Origin: Gonapodya sp. JEL0774 | Taxonomy: Eukaryota | Assembly: GCA_027604505.1 (NCBI GenBank) | Contig: JADIIX010000008.1 | Span: 124,001 to 188,000, forward strand | DNA length: 64,000 bases | Direction: 5' to 3' | Shown: positions 37,788 through 50,005 of the stretch, in pieces | How positions within the stretch are numbered: position 1 is the stretch's first letter | Layout: each line of letters begins with the position of its first letter | Position numbers and translations under genes: made by a program | Notes under the pieces: model-generated | Databases searched by the model: none | What the model was told of the DNA's origin: nothing | What the model saw: only the letters and a program-made list of their open reading frames with translations

Positions 37788-38696
37788 TCACACAGACTTT
37801 CGCACCGATGCAACCATTACAATGTCTTGACCAAACTGTTTGTATTCTACATCGTCCAAATGAACAACGTGGGACAGTTGGCCTTTGGAGTGGGGTCTCG
37901 CAATCTCCAGAGCTTTCACACCGTCTCCGACAAAGGTAGGGGCAATAGTCACAACCACAAGCGAAGGAATAGGATCCGCGTTCACTCCTGCAGCACTGAG
38001 AAGACTTCCGATGATACCTGCGCCACCCTCCACCATGATAGTCCGTATACCAAACTGACTTCTCAATTTCCGGAATCCATCTTGCAAATCCACTCTCGGT
38101 GTCGCCTCCTCCGCGTTTTCAACACTGTCTTCAACGGTTTGGTCGCCGCAGACGATAATGCACACACCTTGCTCCTCCAGCATTTTACGACGCTCCTCGG
38201 AGCACCTCTTTGTTGTCAAGATGATGGGCTTTCCTCTGGGGTGTCCCATCAATCGAGAAGTTTCGACCGGGAACTTCAGCAGTGTCGAATCAACAACGAC
38301 TGGCCGTGGTTGGTTCACAATGTCTGATTTTCCGGACACTCCACGAAATCTATTGAGTGCCTCACAACCATCATCTCCTAGAATGTCGATCCTTGCGTTC
38401 AGACGAGGATCATCTCCCAGCACAGTGCCCACACCGACCAAAATGGCGTCATGGAGTGTCCGTAATACATGTGTCATTATCAAAGACTCCCGACATGAAA
38501 TGGCCAGCGAGCGGCGATCGGGAAGGGCAATGAATCCATCGAGTGACTGGGCGTACGTGACAGTGACAAATGGCATCAAGGAGGAATCAGAGCGGGCTTT
38601 GGGGTTGGGAAGTTGGCTGTCCAGAGGAATTGCCTGGTCCGATTCCAAAGAGATTCGATGACCTAGAAGAGCGATGGCGTCTTCTGCCACTGTCAT
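37788..38696 (-). CDS. RIB7: 2,5-diamino-6-ribosylamino-4(3H)-pyrimidinone 5'-phosphate reductase (riboflavin synthesis), intronless
   Basis: PFVTVTYAQSLDGFI, HDAILVGVGTVLGDDPRLN and IMVEGGAGIIGS motifs. Confidence 0.95.
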   Translation of the reverse strand: MTVAEDAIALLGHRISLESDQAIPLDSQLPNPKARSDSSLMPFVTVTYAQSLDGFIALPDRRSLAISCRESLIMTHVLRTLHDAILVGVGTVLGDDPRLNARIDILGDDGCEALNRFRGVSGKSDIVNQPRPVVVDSTLLKFPVETSRLMGHPRGKPIILTTKRCSEERRKMLEEQGVCIIVCGDQTVEDSVENAEEATPRVDLQDGFRKLRSQFGIRTIMVEGGAGIIGSLLSAAGVNADPIPSLVVVTIAPTFVGDGVKALEIARPHSKGQLSHVVHLDDVEYKQFGQDIVMVASVRKSV

Positions 38697-39359
38697 TTTG
38701 AATTTTGACTGAGTTTGACTCCTAGCCCAATAATGTCCATGGTTTCTTGGTTTCTTTGTCGGCTCATGGCGCTGCTGTGGTCGGAATCGGGAGGCACAGC
38801 TGTCCACATAGACTCCCCGAACTCTGCGCACGATAATGTTGCCGCAGACGAGAGGAGAAGATATTTCCCCGTCATTGTAATCTCAGAAAGACAAATACAG
38901 CAAAGTGAAGTGAAGCTAAAGAGACCCGCAACTTCTGAACCATGCAACCTCCCCGAACCGAAACTCGCAAAAAATCCACAGTCAAATGAAACCCTCAACA
39001 ACTCCACACAAAGAAGAACCGAATTGAATGAAACCCCACCAAGGGACGGGCGGGCGGGCATTTGTGACATCGCTGCGAGCGCCTCGTGTGAGTCGGCGCG
39101 ACGACGAGGACGGGGCTAAGGAGAGAGAAATGGAGGGGCGGGGGGGAGGTGGGTGTGGGGAAGGGCTGGCCCGAGACACAGAGGATGCCCCAGACCACAT
39201 TAGCCCGCCAAAAACTTCGTCCCCAGAAAGATCTGACACTTCCGGACTACATTTAAACGATGCTTAGAGATCTGTCAATTTACCAAGTAGCTTCTTTGAA
39301 GAACAAAGAATTAATCTTCAATTGACAAACAACTCTTCCAATCCCATGTCGCTCCACTC

Positions 39360-40902
39360 CTAAACTGTAGCGATAGCATTGGCTGGACTACCGACAGCTT
39401 TCGGCAATCGTAATGGTGGTGCTGTCAAGAAAAAGCGATAGCCACCCTGGCGTCTGCCAGCCGTTATTTCCGTGCGCAGATACTTCGCGAGCCTGTTGAA
39501 CGACGATGTGATAAGTGCATCAATCGGATTCTGGGAGAGACATAGGCATCTAACACTAACTCGGAGAGGTACCAGAACTCGCCGAGGTTTACGCCGAGCT
39601 TGAACAAGCAGTGCTCGTGAATTGGCAATGGATGATACGGTAAAGAGGGGTCCGCGGGAGGGCGCGACGGGTGGGCTTCGACAGCGAACTACGCAAAGAT
39701 TAAACCAATCGCTCAACGACTTCCGCGACACAAACTGGCGCATCGACAAATTAATACTCACGTTATCTGCGATCAAACTCACAAGACCACTGTCAGTGAT
39801 CCATTGCAGAAGTTTGGGATCTCTTCCGTCCAATACCGAGCAGGAGTTTTCCATCATGTGTTTTGATGGCTCCCCATTTTCTTCCAGTATCATGGCACCA
39901 AACCCGGTATGGAGGCAGACTGGCAGTAGACACTTGGGTCAACATATGGGTCTGTAGCATCACCAGAGAACAATTCGTCAATGGAGGACACTCACCCATA
40001 TCGCCCTTCTCCACTACTATATTATCAGATTTCAAAACGTGTTGAATTTCTTTGTATCCTATGTAAGTTCGTCCACGGCCATAATAGTGCTCCAGATCTG
40101 CCCATGATATTTGCGGATAAGAGAGTCGAAAACAATTCTACCCCAGCTTTTCCACAGCACATACCGATAAGCACGGCTCGACCCTGAATGGGCTTTTCCG
40201 CCATGTTTTCAACACCAAGCTTCAAAGCGCCTTTGTGAGAACCAAGCGCAGTCTCCGTTCCATCGGAGTGATAAGCCACAGGACCGACGACATCAACGTT
40301 CGGGAGATAACCATTATAGTAGCAATGCACCGGCTTTCCTTGCCCGGAGATATCCCACATTGACCCGACGTGCGATAATGCATCCCACTGTGTGGTGAAT
40401 TGAAGAGTCAAGTGGACTTATGACGGTAAAGACTTAGAGAAGAGAAGGTTGAATGAACATAAAATGAAAACATACCAATATCGTCACATCCGATGCTCGT
40501 AATTTGCTTGTTTTTGACGTTACCAGGTTGGTTGAATCTAATGCCCATGCGGTCATTTCCTCAAGATGCGCACATAAAACTACCTGCATTTGACGATACT
40601 CACGCCCACTTTCCATCCGGCCGCTTCGTTGGCTCCACCACGGGAGAGAGCCGTTGGGGATGGACGAGGTGATTCACGCGTGGAACATCAAGCGGAAAGC
40701 ACAAGCAGAAAGTGCGTCCTTCCCGAATTTCCGCCACGCCCTGCAAGACTTTCTCAGGTGTGAGGAGATTTAATCTTCCTTTCTGATCATCTTCTCCCCA
40801 ATCGCCCCACTAGGATAAGTTCTCATCAGAAATCGAAGACAACAAATTGCATGAAGCACAACGCACCGTCGAGCCAGGAGGACGACTAACCCAGCGAGGC
40901 AT
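39360..40902 (-). CDS. Cyclase-family (kynurenine formamidase-like) metal-dependent hydrolase of bacterial type, multi-exon
   Basis: MPRWVSRPPGSTWGDWGEDDQKGRLNLLTPEKVLQGVAEIREGRTFCL, LQFTTQWDALSH, GRAVLI, IADN, LPIHEHCLFKLGVNLGEFWYL and FFLTAPPLRLPKAVGSPANAIATV motifs. Confidence 0.88.
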
Positions 40903-41269
40903 GAAGAGAGCGGACTCGGAAAGAAAAGTGATGCAAAGTGTTTCGGGATGTTTTGTGCCGAAGTGCGCCATACCCAGTTTAACGAAGGCACCAAATATTA
41001 CAACCAGAGAAAGAAGCTGCATAAATTACTCGCTAAGTAACGCAGACTCAAAGTAACACGACGGTGCGAATGCTCGCGGTTTGGGCTTAGTATGGCTTTT
41101 CACCTATCCTTTTCTTTCAAAACAACACAAATACATTTTGAAATTGACCGAGCAGTCACGCCAGCAAAGCTCCGTAATTTACAACTCTCTCGATTGCCAT
41201 CGTGACTTATGTGAAGGTGGAATACATAGCATATTCTGACTCATCATGTTGAATCTCAGCCAAACTCAT

Positions 41270-42443
41270 ATGGCAGCCCATCTACCACCGAATGTGACTT
41301 TCTCACCCAGGCCACCCGCTGCAGTTGCCTTACGAGTCGCCTCAATTGTCCACCTTCTGGCACGATGGGGTATCGAGTCTGCAGCTGCGACTGCAATGAC
41401 TGCTTCCCCAAATGCCCAAACTTTCGCAACTTCGCCAGTCGCGGCGCGGTTGAATGCGGCCTTGGATTCCGTTCTCTCTTCACTTTACACTAACAAACTG
41501 GACCAGCACCTTTCGCGGCGTGAGTTGGGACTTCTCAGCGATTTCGAGCTCGGGCAGTGGTGTTCGGGGAAAAGAGCATCGATCGAACGCCGTTGGGAGA
41601 GTTTGGTATGTTTCCAAAGCCGATTCTTCCTACAGAACCTTAATTGCATTGCTCGTGATATCATTCTGTTGCGAGCTCAGCTCAGTTTTCGACCATTTCG
41701 AGTTCGCCACCACTCAAACTGATCATCGACATTGTTATCCCTATTTCTATTTAAAGGCCTATCTCCTCTGGTATCTACAGATCCTCCCACGGCCATCCGC
41801 CCTCCCACGACCATATCAGCCAATCACCACAACACACTCGCGCGATACTTTATTCCTCGCATCCGGTGTTCAACCCCACAATTCTAGCAGTACTGACCTA
41901 TTCCTTTCGAAGTTTGCGGCATCAAAACCGGCTTCAACTCATTCACCACTCGTGCTGAAAGATTCCGTCAATTTGTACGAAGCGTTCTACTGGCGCTCTC
42001 GTGCGCAACGTGTATTAGACGTCGCAGCAACACCTTCACCAGAGTTGAATGGAACCAACAACCTCAAGCCCGCGCGCATTCCCAGAGCTCTTACAAGCAT
42101 CTCCCGCAACATTCCCTCTGCCATCACCTCTGCATCTGAAATTCTTCTCAGTTCTGGTGCTCTTATGCCTTCCGAGGTTGTGAATGTGCCGCCCACGCAC
42201 CCTGATTACGCGCGTGGCATCTTGAGGGACTTTGCACCCGGCACTGAGACTCCCTACTGCATGTTACCCGCCGAACAACGCTCCCCTTTTGAAACTGTAG
42301 TGGAGACGCGGCTCGCCGCTGCTGGGTGGTGTACAGGGATGTGTGAGTGGGATGTGGACGCAGATGGTGGTGAAGGTGGTGGTTTCGCCTTTGTGAATCC
42401 TCTCAGTGCAATTTGGAAGGCGGAGGGGGACAATGCAACGTGA
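41270..42443 (+). CDS. DUF4272-like protein, two exons
   Basis: RWESL-AYLLWYL, EAFYWRSR and ETRLAAAGW..EWD resemble DUF4272 motifs (WRxExL..LxWxL; ERxxAxxW..WD). Confidence 0.6.
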
Positions 42444-42658
42444 AGTTCGGCTGATTCTGGGACTTGAAGACACCTACTTGCACACTTTGTGTGGCAACGT
42501 GATGTGTTTAGTATGCAAAAAGTGTAATATTTGTCTCTAAGAGAATACAAGATTAACCAGTTGGACAAAAAAATTAGAAGGAACTCAGTTGAAGCTGCTT
42601 CCATTTAGTTCTAAAGTATCCTTGATAATCGCAATATTTGAACTCGTTGCCATCCATG

Positions 42659-42730
42659 TGCCCTATGGTGTAATGGTTAGCACTCAGCACTCTGAATGCT
42701 GCAATTTGAGTTCGATTCTCAATAGGGCCT
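42659..42730 (+). tRNA. tRNA-Gln (CTG), copy 1
   Basis: Cloverleaf TGCCCTA TG GTGT AATGGTTA GCAC T CAGCA CTCTGAA TGCTG CAAT TTGAG TTCGATT CTCAA TAGGGCC T, followed by an oligo-T Pol III terminator. Confidence 0.97.
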
Positions 42731-43464
42731 TTTTTGTTCCATCTCATAAAAACAGTAACTCCAAAAACATTAGCAACTTGAATTTTGCCGGTGAACCCTT
42801 CTCAGTGAAAAGGTTACTCAGTAACACTTGGTTCTAGCGAACCTGCATCTGATTTGTGGATTGGATTGATTCGGACAAAGTTTGTTGACCAACAAATTCT
42901 TTGCGCTCATGCGGTTCATGACTGAATAGTGGTCCTGCTCTTGTATTATAGTCTACAAGATGTGTTCTGAGCGGTGCTCACTTTGCCACAAAAAAGTGAG
43001 CACGACGATTCAGTTGAGCCAGTTTTGTTGGGTTGGCCGGTCCCTATGCACTCAGACCTGAACTCATCCACGATCGTTGCAACCATGGCAACTGGGACAG
43101 ATGTAGCGAAAGATATGTATTCAAAACGTGAACATGAACAGTCAGCAATCATCGCGCATCAGTGTCTGAGCTCTCTGTCGTAGGTGTGAGTATGTAGTTG
43201 TGGCACATGGCCAATCGCACCCTGCCCAACTGTCTGTCCTCCGCTGTCCGCACAATTAGAGTAACAACTAACAGGTATGTACGGATTATGTAGTCACTAT
43301 AGCCATGGGCACAGTGCACACCAGCCTCTGAAACCTGAAGTAGACTCTCGGTTTCATTTTTACGATGTTTGTGGTCATAATGTTGGAGAATCGCTCTATT
43401 TGAGGAGCAAAACATAAAAAATTTTAACAAGGGTTTATATAATATTTTAATGAGTGTTTCAATG

Positions 43465-43536
43465 TGCCCTATGGTGTAATGGTTAGCACTCAGCACTCTG
43501 AATGCTGCAATTTGAGTTCGATTCTCAATAGGGCCT
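43465..43536 (+). tRNA. tRNA-Gln (CTG), copy 2, identical to copy 1
   Basis: Same 72 nt, T-run terminator, and an upstream TATA-like TTTATATAAT at about 43434-43443. Confidence 0.97.
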
Positions 43537-43641
43537 TTTTTTGCAGCAACAGCGCTCTTGGAGCGGCACTCTGCCTCAGAAGTACACTCTGGAACTTCTC
43601 TATGGGTGTGCAGACAGATCCTGGTATTTTGAACTATATTA

Positions 43642-46243
43642 CTAATGTCTGCGCTCCATCTTTGCTGAAATTACTTGAGTAAACAAGGTCATCAGAACAC
43701 CCATCATAACCATGAACATCCAGATTGGGGGTATCGGTATTCCCGATTCCCCCAAAGATGTGTTGAAGTGGCTCCAGAACCGACGATTGGGTTTCCCGCG
43801 GAGTGTTGCAGCTTTTCCCGATTTCTTTGCGGATTCTATAGAAGACTTTAACGAATCCATCTCTTCCTCAAACAGAGTCGTGACTGGGGAGTGATAGGGT
43901 TTGGATCCAGTGTTGGGTGTTGAAGGTAATATAGGTTAAAAGGGAAGACCCAGAACTCCCAGCAGAACAACTTTGCAAAACTCACTCCTCCGTGCGGAAC
44001 CAGTCTCGTAAACACGGTTGTCACCCCACTGCAGCTCCTCACCAGAGGTCTCGTCCATTGCGATGCAGAAATACATTTTGCCAACCTTCATCGTCAGTCA
44101 ACAGTAAGATCGCCGATGAATTACTGAAAAGTTACTGATCAGACATCGATGTCGTCGGCGCACTTACATAGCTCATGACAGCAATTCCTATTGATCCCGG
44201 TGAGGCGTGACAAATGGGATTAGATACAAAAATTTTGCTGATGGTGGCCCCACCCCACTTGAGGACAGCAGAGAAATGGACCGGTGACGAGAGTGGCACA
44301 TCTCAGACATTGACGACCCCTTGACAAAGTGCCAACTCACCTTGATGGGTTCCGCGGGACCCGGCACGTTGGAAATTCCACCGTACGAGGGTGCCATGGA
44401 TGCTTCACCGAAACTGCACCGGAAGACCGTACATGTTTCAGGAATCGAATAACTAATAACTGTGCATGAATCACCCACCTTGCGGGAAACATCCACGCCC
44501 CTCTCAACACCATATCCAACATTTTCGCTTGCGCGGCCAGAGCGGGCCTGAAAATCTTTTGCCAATCCATCCATTCGCTGACGTGATGGATATACTGTAT
44601 TATGGGTAGCGGCGCCGCCGACATAGGCATTGGGCTTCGCGGGAAGATGCAATTAAAGGCCAAAAGCTTGTTGGACAGGGATGTGTCGGAGAGGGTTCGG
44701 CTTGAGACCGGAATTGCGAAATTCATTCGCTCGTCGCGAAGTGCACCGCGCTCGCGAAGGTACCGCTCGATTGCACGACCAGTGACTCCGAGTACCACAT
44801 CATTTAAGGAGACACCAAGAGCATCCTAGTATGTTTCAAGCAATAAGCAGTGAAGGGTAGTCAGTCTCTCTGAACCCTTCAGAACGCCCGTGGAACTCAA
44901 ATACAGTTCTATATTTTGGGCAACACACCTTCATGGCTTTGACCTCTTGCAGCGACACTCCGTCTTTAGAGAAGTAAATTTGTTTCCTCGGGTGCGAATC
45001 CAACGTTGTGAACTCTCTCGTTTGCCTCTCCCCCTTCCTCCCAGTCAATCGCAAACTGGCCCTTGACTTCACAATCCTGGTTTGGACAAATAGCGCGTAC
45101 ATTATGTACCCGAGGAAACCAATAATCGTGGCATACACTGTGCAAATGAAGGTCAGCACAGGATTGGGTTTCGCGACGTGCCTGAGGCTGTATTGGGCAG
45201 ACGTCGGTTGATCCGTGAATAGGGAGCGAACCATCCCCTCTCCGTCAGCAATGGCATGCTGTGGTGAAATGGTGTGAGGTGTTACTATTTGGGAGACACC
45301 AGCGTCAGAGGATTACACGCTGCAAAACACGTACGTGACAGCGGTCGATTGTGGCCATCCTGTGGAAGGACAGAACCAAGATACATCAATTGATGTGCTA
45401 AACATAGAAAGCTCTGAACTTGAAAACGTCGATCTTGAATCGTGGTGTCCGAAAAGAACATCCGAATCCGTGCCACATCATCACTAGACCACCCTTTTGT
45501 TGCTCACCGTCCTCCCTCTAACCCCCTAACGAGATAGAACCGCCATAGTGGCTTGTCCAGATCAAACGGTTTACAGGACAGCTCCGAAACGAGCGTGTGG
45601 AGTTGTTCGTCTGTGCCAGGTGCGGGCTTTCCAGTCCGCGATTCGGGGGAGGTGGCATGAGTCAGTCAGTGAACATCGGTTTGGTTCAGTCATTAACAAA
45701 GAATTCTGGAGCGAGTTCTGGAGCCCCACACGCCGACACCATCTCCAAACGCAGTAAGCATAGCCCCCAACTGATGCGAACAGAGCACTCGACGAGAGGC
45801 ATACCCGGGCCTCCACACCACCACCAACACTCACAAGCTCCACCTCTTGTATGTGATCGTCCCACACGAAATCCTTCGCCTCGCCTTCGAAGTAGGGTCT
45901 CCTCCACCAGTCCCTTTTGTCACCCTCCCTGACAAGCTTTCCGTAGAACCTACAGCGAGTAGGATCGTCGGCGCGCACCCGCTTGGAGCGCAACGTGGTG
46001 CGGACGTGTTCGAGGGTCATTGGGTTGGCGAAGGGAGGATCGTAGACTGTCGGAAGTACATTAGGGGATGTTTCGAAGGTTCGTAGCGATAATAGGTCGA
46101 CTGGGTGGTGAGGAATTCAAATGGAAAGTGTTCCTTCGACAGGGGGACTTACTAGACACTGCAGAGCCCGCCATGTTGTCAAAGTTGGGAGAGGTAAGAC
46201 CTCCGAAGAGAATATCAAGCCCCGTGAGGTAGGAGCGGGGCAT
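43642..46243 (-). CDS. Wax ester synthase / diacylglycerol acyltransferase (WS/DGAT), multi-exon, with C-terminal hydrophobic anchor
   Basis: HHxxxDG motif split by an intron (CH|HAIADGEG); SLNDVVLGVTGRAIERYL, IPVSSR..LSNKL and ISNVPGP motifs. Confidence 0.88.
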
Positions 46244-47686
46244 CACGGAAAATGATGTTGCTTTCACAACTTCAATGGCGATTCGAGGGAATGTAGGTCA
46301 GAACAGACGAGGACGCTGGCGGTCACCGAAAACAGAAAACGAGGTCGGGTGAGGGAATTCTTGTGTTGATGGTGTTCCAAAATCTCGCAAATAGACGAGG
46401 GTGACAATGACTATGAACAATGCATATGCTAGTCGGTAGAAATTGGCCGATTACCCATGTGATTTGATTTGGCACTGGAATCCTGTTTTTGAAAAACGCA
46501 AATTAATGATTTCATAACGTACTCACTTTGGCGGGAATCAGACAGAGGGTGACGACACGAAATTCTATTTGCTTGCATTTGCACGTCTGCCCTATAAAGT
46601 TCGTTCGCACAACATTCACCTCAAGCGCCCCATCCCTTGACTCCCGTCACACCAACACAGTCATTCTTCCAGCGCCAGAGTATACTCTCGCTGCATATGC
46701 CACCCCAATGTCCGCAGGCCGCCTTGGCAGTGGGAGGAACACGTTTTGAACTTTCGTTTTGGAGGACTCACGGACGCGTTCGTTTGATGAAGCGAGGGTG
46801 GTGGTGGCGGGATAGAGCGCGTGGGATGTGGTGGAGGCAGAGAGTTTGGTGGTCGAGGTTTTGGCAGTGACCGCCGGGAGGTAACCCCACCTTAAGTGTT
46901 CAGCGAGTGGGATTTGAATGGGAATGGAGGTTTATGTAAGAGATTAAAGGACAGAATTGATTAGGTCAGCGAAACATGAGTGGATGAGGTAAGGACCGGG
47001 GCGTTGAGTTGTTCGTGGTTGAGAGACGTGAGTCCACCGCGACATGACGCGATTCAAGTGGAGCACGGCACATGGCGCCATCCACAAGCCGGTGCTCAAA
47101 CTCGCAATTTGTCAATAACTCTCGAGATTCATCAAAATCGACGACGTGCAGGTGGCCACAATCGGCCACCATGACTATTCCGGACCGAGAGCGCACCCGC
47201 TCGGTCGCCACTATGAGCAAGAGAAAGCACTCGCTCGATCGCGCAAGCATTTAGGTATCAATTGAGTATTCGTGCAAATTGGGACGGTGGGCTGGCTGAT
47301 GCAATTTTGGTCCTGATTCGATCCTGTCCTCCCCAAAAATCTGCCCCTCAACCCATCCAGTTCTCTCTGAACCCGTTTTCAACTTACTGTCCCATCAAAA
47401 CTCTAGCTGTGCACTCGCCAAGGCCGTACATAGCGCCCTGGACGAATGGAACTACCACCCAGTAGAAGATCTGGGTACCCAGTGGCTGCGGAGGAGGCGG
47501 GGGAGGCATTTGAAATTGTGGATGAGCAGGCTGTGACTGGTTGGGGTGGGGTCGGGCAGACATGGACGGGAAGGTGGGGATGTAGGGGTTGCAGAGTTTC
47601 TGTGAATCAATTGGTCTGTGATTGATGGGGTGGGTAAATGCATTCCACCAAAACTGGAACGATCGTCATTCGTTGAAAGCACGACC

Positions 47687-48023
47687 ATGGCTGCGTACGT
47701 TGGCCTTTTGATTCGAGTTCTGGATTTTCAGTGCATAATCCACTGTTCCCCGTTGTCTCCTTTCTCCTCCCCATATTCCTGGCGTGACTGTTCTTCACAT
47801 ATCACCCAACAGCCGGGCGTCCCAACCCCCATCAAAAGACTCAATTCTCGTTTCTCCCCAAACGCGCCCTCCACTCCCTCAATGGGTCCAGTCCTGGATT
47901 GCTCTCGCAATGGACGTTGTTATCAAGCCCTTCTCGACGGGCCTGTTCATGGGCATGGCAGGAATCTGGGTTCGAGACTGGCAGGCGAGAAGGAAAGCGA
48001 GAGGCAAGCTTGCGATAGCATGA
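47687..48023 (+). CDS. Small 72-aa single-TM protein, possibly Mim1-like; exons 47687-47694 and 47813-48023
   Basis: ATGGCTGC|GTACGT..CAG splices in frame; the TM VVIKPFSTGLFMGMAGIWVRDW has PFxxGxxxGxxG spacing and a basic tail. Confidence 0.5.
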
Positions 48024-48516
48024 TGAAGAGATGGGTTTAGGTTGGAAGTGCATTCGGATCCTGACGAACCGTGGTGATTCTTTGAGAAGCGATCGAGGAG
48101 AAAGGCATGGGGCTCGGTGCTACTACTATGGACTATATGGGATGAAGTCGGTTTCATGCTTTAGGTGGTTTGTTCGAGGACATGGCTGGAGTTGTTGGAA
48201 TGACTGATAACTAATCGGACCTCTACGGAATCCACGCCTTTAAAAGTTCAGAAATTGTTCCACTAGATTTGTCATGATAGCATCACAAGACAGAGGAGAT
48301 GCCTGGAGGATGTGCATTCGGTCGAAGGTCTACATTTCCCCGCTCACGCCAAGGTTATTACATTACCGAATCCGCAATACAGTTTTGAAGTGCCGAAACA
48401 ATACTCGCGTTGCCGCGAGCCGTTGTGTTTGGATCTGCAACGAACCTTCGCATTCTCACTGGTGTCGTGTGACCCGTCGCTCTTCCATCAACCATCCCCA
48501 AACACACTTTTGGAAC

Positions 48517-50005
48517 ATGTCGAACCGCCGGCCACCTTCTCCTCCCAAACAGCTGCCACCACTAACATCGTCCCCAAAGGAGCGGCTTCCATCTCAACCC
48601 AAACCGGCTCCCATATCCCCGACTACGTCCTCGGGAAAGCAACCCGCTAAACCATCATCCCCCACCTCAGCTTCAGGATCGACATCTCCACGGCGACCTA
48701 CATCAGCATCCGGATCGAATAAGGCTGGGACTGGTGGTGCCGTTACCATGGCGGGTAGCAAGATTCCTCCGGCGTCATCTAGTGCCACTGTGTCCGGACG
48801 GCCGGGATCGGGGAGGATTGCAGGCAAGACAGCGCCGGGAGCGGCTGCAGTGCCGACAATGAAAACGACGGCGCAGAAGCATCAGCAGCAGCAACCTCCC
48901 TCACTCTCTAGGCCTCACCCGGCGTCCTCCACGACCACTTCGACCCCTTCCCTCTCCTCACACGTTTCCCAGGCCTCCCAAATCTCGCACTCCGCGGAAA
49001 ATAATCCCCCGCTCCCAGCCTCTTCTCTTGTAAGCCTTTCTTCGCTCTCATCCCTCGCTTCAAAAACTGCTGCCGCCGCCGGAGGCGGGGACAGTAAAGG
49101 AGCAGTGAAATTCGAGCAACAGGGCCAAGGAAAAGCACCCGATGCGACGTACTATCATGTGGGTCTTCGCATGTGTGAAGTAGTCGCTCCGGGGAACCGT
49201 TCGGGATATTCACGATGGCACCGCAATGCTCGTTCTCTCTTATCTTCCGAGACACGAAAAGAGCGGGCACGACTGACCGAGTTGGCACCGTTTAGGATGT
49301 GTAAGATGTATTCCAGCTCATCCTTCGTGTCGCACTTTGACAACGAACGCTTCCACTTCGGTGGGAGCGAAAAGAAAGCGAGAACCAACTTTCCGGCGAT
49401 CTATTGCACCCCATGTGTAGTGTCTAAGGGGTAGTAGACGGAACGAAGCACTCCCCCGGATCTTGGAGGGTTGGTGCTCGTTACACATGTCACGGGTCTC
49501 GCAGTGGCAATACCTCTCTCCCTCCTCTTGCTGAACGCACCTTTTCTTCACTCTAAATAATGGTTGCTATCCTGCCCAACTACTCCATTCATCTAGCTTT
49601 CTGTCTACGGTGCCCCCAAACTTTGCGTAACACTGCGCGCATGGCCTCGGAAAAGGTTCTCAGAGAAATGGTCGCGAGATGGCATGCTGAATCCAAGTGC
49701 GTTGTTTCCTTGCTGTTTTAAGAAAGTGGTGACGAGGAGGTGTAGCACCGAAGATCCCAACTGCCAATTGGCAGCTTGCCGCAGTGTTCTCACACAAATA
49801 CGTTCGCACAACTGCAGCCGAAACCTCGTGCCCCATCGCCCAGTTCCTCCACCCACCATACGAACTCAAAGAATCCATTGAAGGAGTTTGGAGTACGGAA
49901 ATTTGGGAGAAATGTGCGGAGACTGCACGGAGGGTGGTCGAGGAATGCAAAGTGGAGGAGGACACGGCTGGGGAACCCAAAGTAGCGGGAGATTTGAAGG
50001 TGTGA
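48517..50005 (+). CDS. Hypothetical protein, S/P-rich N-terminus plus small folded C-terminal domain, three exons
   Basis: GT..AG joins (intron 49159-49596 and a second short intron) keep the frame to TGA at 50005. Confidence 0.55.

Noticed and set aside
42589..43682. ORFs containing PYGVMVSTQHSECCNLSSILNRAFF twice
   Set aside because: These are translations of the two tRNA-Gln genes.
46300..47680. Short ORFs and an Sm-like AATTTTGG between WS/DGAT and the small TM gene
   Set aside because: No coherent exon chain or snRNA-specific motifs were found.
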